Shown: positions 18,593 through 28,211 of the stretch, piece after piece
Numbering within the stretch: the first letter of the stretch is position 1
Layout: each line of letters starts with the position of its first letter
From: Spirochaetaceae bacterium
Lineage (GTDB): Bacteria; Spirochaetota; Spirochaetia; DSM-27196; PWMO01
Assembly (NCBI GenBank): GCA_046541715.1
Contig: JBKHCS010000003.1
Location: 10,759 to 74,758, forward strand
Length of the DNA stretch: 64,000 bases
Direction of reading: 5' to 3'
Position numbers and translations under genes: made by a program
Notes under the pieces: model-generated
Database searches by the model: none
Told to the model about the DNA's origin: nothing
Seen by the model: the letters and a program-made list of their open reading frames with translations, nothing else

Positions 18593-21127
18593 TTAGTCGA
18601 GAAGAGGATTCCCTTCCTCCGCTGAACGGTTTCCGTCCTCGGAACTCAACCCCGGGTCGAGATCCAGGGTAAAGTCGAGTTCGAAGGAACCGCGGTCAAA
18701 ATCCTCGCCGAGCTCCGGAGAGCCTGTGCTGAGTGAAAAATTCTGATTCGTGATGCTTCGCCGCAGCCTGTCCACGAGGACCGGCTGCTGCTCCCGCTCA
18801 AAGTCCTCGAGTCGATCGAACTCCTTCGGTTGCGTTCCCGACAGGAAGACCTCTTCGATTACGCGGCCGGTGTAGTTCTCCGTCGGCAGGAGGCCCGACC
18901 GGGCGGTAACGCGAACCCGGGTTATTCCGGAGGTCGGCTCGGGAAACTCCCGGGGCTCGAGGCCTTCGTGTATCTCTTTCATGTATCGGGCCCAGACGGG
19001 ACCCGCGGTTACGGCCCCGGTCTGGTTGGTTCCCAACGAGTTGCTGCCACCCCGGTCGAATCCGAACCAGATTGCCGTCGTGTAGTACGGGGTAAAGCCG
19101 AGGGTCCAGGCGTCGGCCCAATTCTGGGTGGTTCCGGTCTTTCCGGCGGTCGGCTGATCGAATCCGTCGACGAGCGATTCGGCCCACCTCAAGGTCCCGC
19201 TTTCGACGGTGGTCTGGAGCATATCGGTCATAATGTACGCCGTCTGGGGGCTGATAATCTGGGCGTCTTGGCCTTTCCGTTGCTGGTCTATCCGAAGGTC
19301 CTGTTCCGGCTCCATGATGATGCGGCCGTTGCGGTCCTCGATGTAGCGAATGCCGATGGGTACTACCTCTTGGCCTTGGTTCGCGATAGTGGCGAACGCC
19401 TTCGCCATCTCGATCGGGGCAACTTCGACGATGCCGAGACCCACGGGATACCGGCGTACCAGGTTACGACGCACCATGTCCTCTTCGGGAATGCCGAGGA
19501 GGCGCCGGGTGGTCGTGAGAGCCTCGGTAAACCCAACTCGCTCGAGAATTCTCAAGGAAGGCACGTTCATTGACTGCGCCAGGGCGTGCCGGACGAGGAC
19601 CGGCCCCTTCCATTCGCCCCGGTAGTTCTGAGGCGTGTAGGGGGTCCCGTCGTCGTTCCAGAAGACCACCGGAGAGTCGTAGATCATCGTGGCGGGTGTT
19701 ATGACTTTGTTCTCGATCGCCGCCGAGTAGTACAACGGTTTGAAGGAGGACCCCGGTTCTACGGAGGCGTCGACCGCCCGGTTGAACTGGTTCCGGGCTT
19801 CGAAGCGGCTACCTCCTACCATGGCCAGTATACGGCCCGTGCCGTTCTCCAGAGTAATCAGCGCCCCTTCGACGGTCGTGCGTCTTGCCTCGAGTTCGGT
19901 CGTCGCGTAGGACACCTGGACGGCGTCCCGAATCTCGGTGTCGTCGCTCCCGAAGAGGAGGGCGACGGCGTCGACGATCGGGTTGAGCTCTTCCCGGTAG
20001 TAGGATTTGGCCTCCTGGAGCTGCTTCGCGTTGCCGATTCGGAAGTCGCCGATATTGAACGCCAAGGACAAGAGATCTATGACCGGGACGAGATCGTTTC
20101 CCTCCGTCGACCGCCGAGAGGAGTTGCTCTGGTAGATCCGGTTTGCCGATTCGAGGCCCTCTTGCATGTAGCGGTCCGCCGCCGCCTGGTAGTCCAGGTC
20201 GAGGGTGGTGTAGACGGTAAACCCGTCCCGGTTTATGTCGAGGCTCCCGAGTAGCAGCTCGTTTTCCAGTTGATAGCGAACGTACTCGCTAAAGAAGGGG
20301 GCTCGGTCCTCCCGCTCAAAGAACGCCGTCGAGGTGCTCGCCCGCGTGAAATCGTAGTTGCTCCAGTACGCCTCGAATGATTCGTCGACCCGGGACTGGG
20401 TGGTGTATCCCAGCTCGACCATCTGATCGAGGATTGTCCGTTGCATTCTCCGAGCCTCGTTCGGCCGACGTATCGGCGAGTAGAGCGACGGGTTGGCCAA
20501 CTGGATAACCAGAAGGGCCGATTCGGCGATGGTGATGTCCCGGGCCGAGTGGCCGAAGTAATACTGGCTTGCGGCTTCCACGCCGTAGTTTCCATGACCG
20601 AAGAACATTGTGTTCAGGTACTTCTCGAGAATCTCGTACTTGGTCCAGTGCCGTTCGAGTTGTAGGGCCCACCAAAGCTCCCGGAGCTTCCGAGTTACCG
20701 AAAACTCGCTTCGGTCGGCGTAAAGGTGGCCCGCAAGCTGTTGCGTAAGGGTACTTCCGCCGCCGGAGTAGGAACCCCTCAACAGGTCGAAGGCCGCCTT
20801 TGAAGTCCGGACGAAGTCGAATCCGTTGTGATCGAAGAATCGCCTGTCTTCCCGGGTAATCAGGGCGTAGATAAGATGCCTCGGAAGCTCGTCGATCGTA
20901 ACGAGCTCCCGGTTTTCATCCGAAAAGAACTCGGTAATCAGGCGGCCTTTGACATCCAGAATCTCGGATGGGAGCGCCGCAACTTGAGTTCCGACGCTCT
21001 CGAGGTCGCCGACGTTTCTCACGGAGGCTATGGCTAATCCGGTCGTAATCCCGAGGGTCAGCGCCATCGCCCCGGCGACGGCAAGGGCAACTCGGAGAAC
21101 CACCCGGCGTTTTCTCTTTGGACTCAT
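18593..21127 (-). CDS. mrcA: class A penicillin-binding protein (PBP1A-type transglycosylase/transpeptidase)
   Basis: GT51 motifs (REDRRFFDHNGFD, GGSTLTQQLA) and transpeptidase SSFKP (SxxK). N-terminal TM anchor. Confidence 0.9.
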   Translation of the reverse strand: MSPKRKRRVVLRVALAVAGAMALTLGITTGLAIASVRNVGDLESVGTQVAALPSEILDVKGRLITEFFSDENRELVTIDELPRHLIYALITREDRRFFDHNGFDFVRTSKAAFDLLRGSYSGGGSTLTQQLAGHLYADRSEFSVTRKLRELWWALQLERHWTKYEILEKYLNTMFFGHGNYGVEAASQYYFGHSARDITIAESALLVIQLANPSLYSPIRRPNEARRMQRTILDQMVELGYTTQSRVDESFEAYWSNYDFTRASTSTAFFEREDRAPFFSEYVRYQLENELLLGSLDINRDGFTVYTTLDLDYQAAADRYMQEGLESANRIYQSNSSRRSTEGNDLVPVIDLLSLAFNIGDFRIGNAKQLQEAKSYYREELNPIVDAVALLFGSDDTEIRDAVQVSYATTELEARRTTVEGALITLENGTGRILAMVGGSRFEARNQFNRAVDASVEPGSSFKPLYYSAAIENKVITPATMIYDSPVVFWNDDGTPYTPQNYRGEWKGPVLVRHALAQSMNVPSLRILERVGFTEALTTTRRLLGIPEEDMVRRNLVRRYPVGLGIVEVAPIEMAKAFATIANQGQEVVPIGIRYIEDRNGRIIMEPEQDLRIDQQRKGQDAQIISPQTAYIMTDMLQTTVESGTLRWAESLVDGFDQPTAGKTGTTQNWADAWTLGFTPYYTTAIWFGFDRGGSNSLGTNQTGAVTAGPVWARYMKEIHEGLEPREFPEPTSGITRVRVTARSGLLPTENYTGRVIEEVFLSGTQPKEFDRLEDFEREQQPVLVDRLRRSITNQNFSLSTGSPELGEDFDRGSFELDFTLDLDPGLSSEDGNRSAEEGNPLLD

Positions 21128-21134
21128 CAGGGGT

Positions 21135-21164
21135 AGGGTAGGGAGAGCCGCAAAGCTTTGTCAA
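21135..21164 (-). promoter_or_regulatory. sigma70-type promoter for mrcA (TTGACA-N18-TACCCT), 7 nt before the ATG
   Basis: On the minus strand: TTGACAaagctttgcggctctcccTACCCTacccctgATG. No SD. Confidence 0.4.
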
Positions 21165-21169
21165 GCGAG

Positions 21170-21200
21170 AAAAAAAGAGGGCCGGCCAAAAGGCCGGCCC
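21170..21200 (-). terminator. intrinsic terminator (GGGCCGGCC-UUUU-GGCCGGCCC followed by U7)
   Basis: Perfect 9-bp GC stem, 4-nt loop and a 7-nt T run on the minus strand. Ends the 28103->21305 operon. Confidence 0.8.
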
Positions 21201-21250
21201 AGACGATCGGTTATCGGCTAATATAGTAAACTGGGAGGGGAACTATATTA
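21170..21250 (-). ncRNA. candidate 3'UTR-derived small RNA (AU stem with a C-rich loop plus terminator)
   Basis: 9-bp inverted repeat TAATATAGT/ACTATATTA (21219-21250) encloses loop UCCCCUCCCAGUUU on the minus strand. An 18-nt linker and the terminator follow. Confidence 0.25.
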
Positions 21251-21304
21251 AGTAACCGACACTCTATTTATCGTCTCACGACGATGCTTGCTTAACTAAG
21301 ATCT

Positions 21305-22300
21305 TTACTCTTCTCTTACCATTATATCAAGAGACAGAACAATTTCGTAGTCTTTCTTCGGCTCAACTTGAAATCGGCGACTCACCGAAAAATCTCCGAG
21401 CTCGAAGAGAATCGTGTGAGTCCCGGGATCCAGCGAGAGCGGCTCGTTTCGATTCCAGGGGATCCCGTTGACGAAGAGCTCGGCGTCCCGGGGGGCGTCG
21501 ACGGTAATCTCCGACTTCGGTCGCTTGAGCTCGATGGTCATTTCCGCTATCGTGCCGCGCTCGACTCCGAACGTGACGGTCTCGTTTTCGAATAGCTGAG
21601 ACTCGAGGGAGAGTCGATGGAGCCCCGTCGCGAGGACGATATCGTCTCCCGTGTAGTCGACCTCTTCCCCGTCGATCGAGAGGGAGAAGTTCCGAAACGC
21701 TCCCTGGGCCTCCCGGATCTCCTCACCCTCGGGAGTCATTATCGAAAGCCTCAATGCTCCCCGGTCCAAGAGGAGCGGTCGGGCTGTGACGATAAAGCGG
21801 CCCTCCGCCGCTGCGGGGGTAATCCCCTTCATAACCGGGATAATGGAGAACACCAGAGGATAGGATTCGACACCAAGGGGGGCCGGCGCGACCCGGGCAT
21901 CCACGGTGGACCGGAGCCGGTGGTCCGAGACGGCAGGGACGCTGTAGAAGAACCGGGCGCCGAGTGGAATCGGCTCGAGGGCGACCCGGGTACCCTGAAG
22001 GGTCATCACCGAGGGTTCCGGTTCCGGGGAGACGTCCCGGAGAACGTAGAGAGCGAAACTCCCGGGAAACTCTTGGGCCGATGCGGGAACCTGAATTTCC
22101 AACTGAACCCCCCGAAGAAATCGGTGGTCCCCCTCTATGTCGAGAGCGCCGAGATCGTTCATTCCGAGGTCGAATCGTTTCGCGGTGCCGGCTTCAATCA
22201 CCAGGGTCTCAACCCGCTCTACGCTACCCCGCAGGGTCTCACTGAATCCTGATTGAAACGAAGAAAGGAGGAATAGGATAAGAAGAGCGAACGACTTCAT
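21305..22300 (-). CDS. secreted/lipoprotein with a C-terminal PEGA-like domain
   Basis: Signal peptide MKSFALLILFLLSSF. C-terminus DAELFVNGIPWNRNEPLSLDPGTHTILFE resembles the PEGA fold signature. Confidence 0.45.
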   Translation of the reverse strand: MKSFALLILFLLSSFQSGFSETLRGSVERVETLVIEAGTAKRFDLGMNDLGALDIEGDHRFLRGVQLEIQVPASAQEFPGSFALYVLRDVSPEPEPSVMTLQGTRVALEPIPLGARFFYSVPAVSDHRLRSTVDARVAPAPLGVESYPLVFSIIPVMKGITPAAAEGRFIVTARPLLLDRGALRLSIMTPEGEEIREAQGAFRNFSLSIDGEEVDYTGDDIVLATGLHRLSLESQLFENETVTFGVERGTIAEMTIELKRPKSEITVDAPRDAELFVNGIPWNRNEPLSLDPGTHTILFELGDFSVSRRFQVEPKKDYEIVLSLDIMVREE

Positions 22301-23268
22301 CGGTTCAGGCCCGGCAAATGCAAGAGGGGATCCCGCGGTATCCCGTCCAGTCGAACTTCAAAGTGAAGATGAGAACCGGTCGAAAGACCGGTGTTCCCTA
22401 CGGCGCCAATGATACTACCCGATGAGACCTTATCATTCAACCGTACATCGACGTGGTCGAGATGCCCGTAGAAGGTGTGGTAGTCGCCGTCGTGAGCCAG
22501 GAGGACATAGTTGCCCATAATCGGGTCTACGCCGATCGCCTCGACCACACCGGCCCGGGCTGCGAGAACGTCGGTTCCGATCGGAGCGGCAAAGTCGACC
22601 CCCGCATGGACCGTCATAAGCCCTGTAAAGGGACTCCGCCGGGGACCGAAGTGGGACGAGATGCGAACGTTCTGCACCGGCCGTCGAAACAGAATCCCCA
22701 GAAAAGAAAGACGTTCGACCCGGTCGAAATCTGCCCCCGGATGGAAGTCGTAGCTGACCGTCCTGTCCCGCCGGTGTACCCGCACCTCCAGCGAGGCCGG
22801 GTCCCCCTCGGATCGCAGCTCTCTCATCAGCCGCTCGAGGTCCGTCTCCGGCTCCCGGGGCACGAAGATTCCGGGAATACTCGGAATCAACAGCTCGTCT
22901 ACCGTTGGGGAAAGCTCCGCCGAGGGAAGGCGGTTCAGACTTGCCAAGGCGCCGTAGGATATCGAGAAACGGGAGGCTACCTGAATGAGGCTTTCCTCCG
23001 GCTGGGGCCGGTAGCTGTATATGACCAAGGGCGGCAGCGGGTCGCCGGATCTCTCCGCCGCGTAGTAGCGCCGGAGAGACTCCTGGTGCTGCTGAAAAAG
23101 CACATCCTGAGGCGACGTCCTCCCGATGAGCGGATAGTCTGCCTGGGCTTGCACCGAAACAAGCGTCAAGACAACAAGGAAAAAGACGTTCCGGATTCTT
23201 CGCTGTTCATGCCTGGTTACCCGGTTTCCGGCTCGACCGACCTGAAACGCGGCGACCGAAGGACGCAC
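22297..23268 (-). CDS. LysM-like / M23 family peptidoglycan endopeptidase
   Basis: M23 motifs HAGVDFAAPIGT and GSHLHFEV, with a LysM-like segment (LIQVASRFSISYGALASLNRL). Start is uncertain: GTG at 23268 was chosen because the ORF-track N-terminus overlaps the upstream gene. Confidence 0.7.
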   Translation of the reverse strand: MRPSVAAFQVGRAGNRVTRHEQRRIRNVFFLVVLTLVSVQAQADYPLIGRTSPQDVLFQQHQESLRRYYAAERSGDPLPPLVIYSYRPQPEESLIQVASRFSISYGALASLNRLPSAELSPTVDELLIPSIPGIFVPREPETDLERLMRELRSEGDPASLEVRVHRRDRTVSYDFHPGADFDRVERLSFLGILFRRPVQNVRISSHFGPRRSPFTGLMTVHAGVDFAAPIGTDVLAARAGVVEAIGVDPIMGNYVLLAHDGDYHTFYGHLDHVDVRLNDKVSSGSIIGAVGNTGLSTGSHLHFEVRLDGIPRDPLLHLPGLNR

Positions 23269-23653
23269 CGAGCCAAACCAGGTAGAGCAGTCCCAGAACC
23301 ACAGCGCCCCAAATATGCCCCTCCCAAACCAGAACCGCAAAGGCGTATACTCCTCCCAGGCCGACGGCACCAACGCCGGTCTTTCTTAGTATCGGCAAAA
23401 GTGACCGAAGGGTTTGCCCCCGGAGTCGCCTCAGGAGCCCGAGAACAACAAGCCCAAGAACAAGCAGTCCGACGAGGACGTTGTAGGTCCCGGTAGCCCG
23501 AGAGGCGAGAAGCCACAAGGGCAAAACGATGATGCCCCCGAGGGCTGCGGCGCACAGTACCCCGAGAAAGAGAGCCCCGACGACCCGACCGAGGCCCAAC
23601 CAACCCGAGACTACCCGTTGCGAGAAGTCGGAAAGTCCTCTATATGTCTTCAA
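23207..23653 (-). CDS. small integral membrane protein (about 4 TM)
   Basis: Four hydrophobic Gly/Leu/Val-rich segments. TTG start, exact position uncertain. Confidence 0.45.
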   Translation of the reverse strand: MKTYRGLSDFSQRVVSGWLGLGRVVGALFLGVLCAAALGGIIVLPLWLLASRATGTYNVLVGLLVLGLVVLGLLRRLRGQTLRSLLPILRKTGVGAVGLGGVYAFAVLVWEGHIWGAVVLGLLYLVWLGASFGRRVSGRSSRKPGNQA

Positions 23654-24569
23654 GCCGTTCCCGTTGCCGTCGATACTCCTCGGCCTGTTCTTCCTCCCCG
23701 GCCCGGCGAGAAAGTGCCTCCAACGTCTCGAGTGTCTCTGCGGTTTCCCTGACCATGTTCAGGGCCACGTAGACCTCGAGTGCCCGCCGCGTGTAATCGA
23801 GGGCCGCCGGATACTCCTCCATTCCGGCGTGGATCGCCCCGAGGGCTCGCAAATCCTTCGCGATGCCGAGGGAGTTCTCCATCTGCTTATCGAGCTCCAG
23901 GGCCCTCCGGGCGTAGTCGGCCGCTTCGGGATAATCCCCCTGCCGGGACCTCAGGGAGGCCAGCATGTACCAATTGGCCGCAGCCTCCGCCTTGCGCGTT
24001 TCCGCTTCGTTGAGGGAGAGAGCCTGCCGGAAGGAGACCTCGGCCGCCTCGAGGCTATTCTGCCGCAGAAGGGCAACCCCCAGATTATGCCGGATAATCG
24101 CTTCCTGGGCCCGGCCCTCAGGAGAGACATAGTCTAGGGCAGCTTCGAAGGATTCTACGGCCTCCGCGGGCTCCCCCCGCCGGAGGGCGAGCTCCCCGGC
24201 GTTGTTGTAGCTCAACGCCAATAGGGCCGGGTCCTCGAGCTTATCGGCAATGGCGATGGCGTCGTCAAAGTTACGCTCCGCCGCATCGAGGTGCCCCGCC
24301 GCGAGATAGACGCTCCCTAGGGAGTTGAGACTACGGCAAATCCCCACCTCGTTGTCCACGGCACGGTGCTCGTTGAGAGCGAGTTGGAAGAAGTAGAGAG
24401 CTCGTGGGTACTGCCCCTGGGCGAAGTACGCGTTCCCGAAGTCGGCGAAAGAGGCCCCCTGGTTCTGCCTGTCGAAAACCTCTTCCGGTTGGTCCGGGGC
24501 GCTCGAACACCCGAGAAGCAGAAGCATAATGCCGAAGGCTGCCGCCGGGAATCGAGCCGTTCTTCTCAA
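23640..24569 (-). CDS. TPR-repeat lipoprotein
   Basis: Lipobox LLLLGCSS and multiple TPR units (AxxxxG.YxxAxxxFxxAL). TTGA start/stop overlap with mlaD. Confidence 0.7.
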   Translation of the reverse strand: MRRTARFPAAAFGIMLLLLGCSSAPDQPEEVFDRQNQGASFADFGNAYFAQGQYPRALYFFQLALNEHRAVDNEVGICRSLNSLGSVYLAAGHLDAAERNFDDAIAIADKLEDPALLALSYNNAGELALRRGEPAEAVESFEAALDYVSPEGRAQEAIIRHNLGVALLRQNSLEAAEVSFRQALSLNEAETRKAEAAANWYMLASLRSRQGDYPEAADYARRALELDKQMENSLGIAKDLRALGAIHAGMEEYPAALDYTRRALEVYVALNMVRETAETLETLEALSRRAGEEEQAEEYRRQRERLEDI

Positions 24570-25588
24570 AACTCTGCGTCCCTGTAGCTCTGGAAGGTGC
24601 TAGGCTGCTCGATCGTCGCGGGGATACCTCCCCGGAGAAGCGGATTGTTTCGGAGACCGACGAGCACCTCCTGCCCGGTTGAGATAGCCTGGCGCCCCTC
24701 CTCGAGGAGCCCGGCCAGTTGAGGCGTCGAGTCGTTGAAGAACTCGGTGATTTCCTGCACCTCGCCGACCGTCTGATTCAACCCGGTCAGTATGCCCTCG
24801 ATTTGATCGTAGAGAGCGTTGTTGTCGTCCAGAAGCGTTTCGAGGGAACCGTCCGCTCCGAGGAGCAGGGGAACCATCCCCCGGGGATCCCGAAGTTCCG
24901 TGGTGGTCGTGGCTATGTTGTCGCTGATGGTTTCCGAATTGTCGAGGATGATGTTGATGCTTTCGAGGGCCTCGTCGGTCTGCAGGAGTATGCTCCCGAC
25001 GGGACCGACGCCGGTCCCGGCGAAGGCCTCGGACATCTGGTTCATCACCTCGTCGAGGGAGATCAGAACGCGGTTGACGTTACCCAGAACCGGCTCGACC
25101 TGGGCGAGAATAGCCGCGATCTGGTCGTCCTGCCGTGGAACGATTACCAGGTTCTCTTGGATCAGAGCCCTGGCTTCCTTGGTGTCCCAGGAAGGAATGG
25201 TCGTTCCTTCCGGTGGAGGCTCGCTCTGTGACCGTCCCTGATGAAAAATCAACCCGCCCCCGAGACCCAGGGGATTCGACACCAGCTGAAGAATCGAATG
25301 CTCGTAAACCTTGTCGATGTAGTTGTCTTGGATATAGAAACGGACGTCCACCAGGTTTTCGTCGTTCAACGTTATCTCGGTTATCTTACCGATCTCGAAG
25401 CCCTTGAACTGAATCGGCATCCCGACATCGAGACCGTTCGCCGAGGGAAAGGTAGTCTGGTAAAAGTAGTTCTTTGCGAACCATCGCTGGTTGGCCCCGA
25501 TGGAAATCAGGATAACCACGAGAAAACCGATAGCGGCAAGGATGAAAGCGCCGACCACCTGATTCGCAAAACGGATTCGAAACTTCAT
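24566..25588 (-). CDS. mlaD: MCE-domain protein (MlaD-like)
   Basis: N-terminal TM followed by an MCE domain (GLDVGMPIQFKGFEIGKITEI). Confidence 0.8.
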   Translation of the reverse strand: MKFRIRFANQVVGAFILAAIGFLVVILISIGANQRWFAKNYFYQTTFPSANGLDVGMPIQFKGFEIGKITEITLNDENLVDVRFYIQDNYIDKVYEHSILQLVSNPLGLGGGLIFHQGRSQSEPPPEGTTIPSWDTKEARALIQENLVIVPRQDDQIAAILAQVEPVLGNVNRVLISLDEVMNQMSEAFAGTGVGPVGSILLQTDEALESINIILDNSETISDNIATTTTELRDPRGMVPLLLGADGSLETLLDDNNALYDQIEGILTGLNQTVGEVQEITEFFNDSTPQLAGLLEEGRQAISTGQEVLVGLRNNPLLRGGIPATIEQPSTFQSYRDAEF

Positions 25589-25631
25589 CCGGGGGCCACT
25601 CTAGTCCGAAACTCCGTTATTCGTCAATTAA

Positions 25632-26468
25632 TCAATCTATCGAGTCCCCGGAAATCGAGTCTCCGGGGGCGTCGGCGTCGAGGAGCGAAAGGATGTCCCC
25701 GTCGTAGGTCGCCGCTTGGCTCAACACATCGGTAAGAATGTTCGAGACCTCTCGATCGTTGGATCGGACGACCTCGTCGAATCGATCGAAAGCGAGGACA
25801 CGCCCATCCTTCAAGATCAAAAGATAATCCGCCAATTGGGATGCGAGTTGGGGACTGTGGCTTGCCGAAACGATGGTTCGCCCCCGGCTCTTGAGCTCTC
25901 GGATGGAGGCGGTAATTCTCTGTCCCGCCTGATAATCCACACTCGAGAGCGGCTCGTCGAGAAACAGCACCTCGGGCTCGAGCATCAGGGCCCGGAGGTA
26001 GGAGACGATCTTCCGCTCTCCCGAGGAAAGGTCCGAAGGCCGGGAGTTCTGAGCAGCAGCCATTCCGTACGGTTCGAGCAGGTTGTAGATGCGCCGCCGG
26101 AGGTGGACGTCCTTGATGCTCGGGTCGTGGTAGCGGATCGGAAGGGAGAGGTTCTGATAAACGGTCATGTTTTGCCAGAGGGCAGCGTCTTGGAAAGAAA
26201 ACCCCGTTCTCCGGCGGGCCTCGACCTCCTCCCGGTGCGACAGGCCGATCAACGGCCGGCCGAACTGTTCCACGGTTCCCCGGGTCGGAGGGATCAGACC
26301 ACAGGCAACTTTAAGCAGGACGCTCTTCCCCGACCCGGAGCGTCCCATCACCAGGGTGAAGCTCCCTCCGGGAAACGATAGTGAGATGCCGTCGAGGACC
26401 GTCTCCTCTTTGTTCTCGAGGAAGACGTCCTTCAAAACAATGGGGTCGGACATTACAGGGTCAGACAT
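25632..26468 (-). CDS. mlaF: ABC transporter ATP-binding protein (MlaF-like)
   Basis: Walker A GRSGSGKS, signature LSSGERK and Walker B LFLDEPL. ATGTCTGA overlap with mlaE. Confidence 0.8.
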   Translation of the reverse strand: MSDPVMSDPIVLKDVFLENKEETVLDGISLSFPGGSFTLVMGRSGSGKSVLLKVACGLIPPTRGTVEQFGRPLIGLSHREEVEARRRTGFSFQDAALWQNMTVYQNLSLPIRYHDPSIKDVHLRRRIYNLLEPYGMAAAQNSRPSDLSSGERKIVSYLRALMLEPEVLFLDEPLSSVDYQAGQRITASIRELKSRGRTIVSASHSPQLASQLADYLLILKDGRVLAFDRFDEVVRSNDREVSNILTDVLSQAATYDGDILSLLDADAPGDSISGDSID

Positions 26469-27270
26469 AGTAGACCAGCGTCAGAACCGCATTCGCGACA
26501 ATCAACAGCGTGAATCCCTGGCCGACCGACTTTATCGCCATTTGGGGGACCTCGGTGTAGGAGCGCTCTACTTTGAAGCCGTAATAGGTCGCGACCGTCG
26601 AGATAATCGCTCCGAAGACGAGGCTCTTGATGAGAGACGAGACCACGTCGACGACGGCAATGGTGCTCAAGAGGTTCGAGAAGTATTCGGCGAAGCCGAT
26701 TGACCGAACGAATTGAGTCACAATATAGCTTCCGAGAAGGCCGAAGATGTTGAAATAGAGGTTCAGGACCACCATGGAGATGGTGACGCCCAAGAACCGC
26801 GGAACGACGAGGTACGAGATAGGATCGATCCCGGCGGAGACGTACGCCTCGATCTCGTGACTCGTCACCATGTTTCCGAGCTCCGTTGCAATCGCCGTTC
26901 CCGATCGTGCGGCGATGATAAACGCCGTAAGAATCGGGCCGAGCTCTCGGGTGATTACCGTTATCAGGATGCTGTAGATAAGGCGGCCCTGTCCGAACTG
27001 GGGAAGAAGGCTCAAGCCCTGGACGATTATGACGGCACCGAGGGCTACCGAGAGAACCGCGACGACGCTCAACGCCTCGACGCCGGTAAAAAGAATCTGC
27101 ATCGTGAGGACCCGGTTCCCGAGGGGGCTCTTTCGGATAGAGCGGAACGTCTCCACAATTACTCGGAAGAAGAATCCGATCGCGTAGAGCCCCTCGCGGA
27201 AACGGGCAATCCACCGGGCTCCGAGACGTTCGACAAAACCAGGCCGTTCCGCCGCGTGACGATCGGTCAA
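26461..27270 (-). CDS. mlaE: ABC transporter permease (MlaE-like)
   Basis: Multi-TM protein of about 270 aa when started at the TTG that overlaps the PHP stop (TTGA). The ORF-track extension to 27489 overlaps the PHP gene. Confidence 0.75.
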   Translation of the reverse strand: MTDRHAAERPGFVERLGARWIARFREGLYAIGFFFRVIVETFRSIRKSPLGNRVLTMQILFTGVEALSVVAVLSVALGAVIIVQGLSLLPQFGQGRLIYSILITVITRELGPILTAFIIAARSGTAIATELGNMVTSHEIEAYVSAGIDPISYLVVPRFLGVTISMVVLNLYFNIFGLLGSYIVTQFVRSIGFAEYFSNLLSTIAVVDVVSSLIKSLVFGAIISTVATYYGFKVERSYTEVPQMAIKSVGQGFTLLIVANAVLTLVYYV

Positions 27271-28103
27271 TTCAGATGCTCCAGGAACGGCGCCGCGAAC
27301 CGGTCCTCGATTATGCGGCCTCCGGCAGTACGCCCGAGGGCCCGGTCCGTCCGATACGGTCCGTGATAGTCCGACCCGGCGGTGGCAATGAGTCCGTGCT
27401 TTGCGGCCAACCGCTCGAGTCGGAGGCACTCCTGCCACTTGGCGTTTGAGTGGTACGCCTCGACCCCGTCGAGGCCATACTCCTTCCACTCCGACAGGGC
27501 CTCGTCAAAATCGGAAAGCGAAAGGCCGAGGGTCATCGGATGGGCCACTACCGCCTTCCCCCCGACCGAGTGGATCAGCGCCGTCGCCTCTTCTACCGGC
27601 AGACTCGGTTTCGGTTCGTAGGCCTGCTTACCGTCCCCTAGGTAGCGGTAGAAGGCCTCCCGGATGTCTTTGACCGCCCCAATCGATACCAGGTACCGGG
27701 CGAAGTGGGGCCTCCCGACGACCGTGCCTCCGGCTTCCCGGGAGATATCGTCGTAATCGGCGGGAATGCCGATGTGCCGGAGCTTGTCGACCATCCGAAG
27801 GTTCCGTTGGGTTCGTTTTTCCCGCAGCTTCCCGAGGGAGGCGGAGAAGTCGTGCCCGACATCGGTTAGTCCGAGGCCGAGCATGTGGAATATTCCCGGG
27901 CGGAAGGCAATCTCGAGCTCTATTCCGGGAATCAGGGTTACGCCCCCGCGGTTCGCTTCTTCGACTGCCTCCGGGACGCCCTCTATGGTATCGTGATCCG
28001 TCAGGGCCAGGACTCGAATCGATAGCCGTCGCGCTTCGCGGACGAGCTCCGTCGGCGTCAGCGTTCCGTCGGAACAGGTAGAATGGGCATGTAAATCAAC
28101 CAC
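27267..28103 (-). CDS. PHP-domain metal-dependent phosphoesterase (TrpH/YciV-like)
   Basis: VDLHAHSTCSDG and LALTDHD motifs. GTG start. Confidence 0.8.
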   Translation of the reverse strand: MVDLHAHSTCSDGTLTPTELVREARRLSIRVLALTDHDTIEGVPEAVEEANRGGVTLIPGIELEIAFRPGIFHMLGLGLTDVGHDFSASLGKLREKRTQRNLRMVDKLRHIGIPADYDDISREAGGTVVGRPHFARYLVSIGAVKDIREAFYRYLGDGKQAYEPKPSLPVEEATALIHSVGGKAVVAHPMTLGLSLSDFDEALSEWKEYGLDGVEAYHSNAKWQECLRLERLAAKHGLIATAGSDYHGPYRTDRALGRTAGGRIIEDRFAAPFLEHLN

Positions 28104-28211
28104 CGCGTGTGATCTTCCGGCTTTTTTTAGCCGATGGTCAATACTGATGCCAATTCGCCTTGCTTGAACTAATGGTCTGAGTCGTTTTAGAGTTTACGTT
28201 GGAGGCAATGA

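Noticed and set aside
28118-28135. CGGCT-TTTTTT-AGCCG hairpin-like element with a T run.
   Set aside because: It lies between divergent gene starts, so a terminator has no role there. The stem is only 5 bp. It is more likely just AT-rich promoter DNA.
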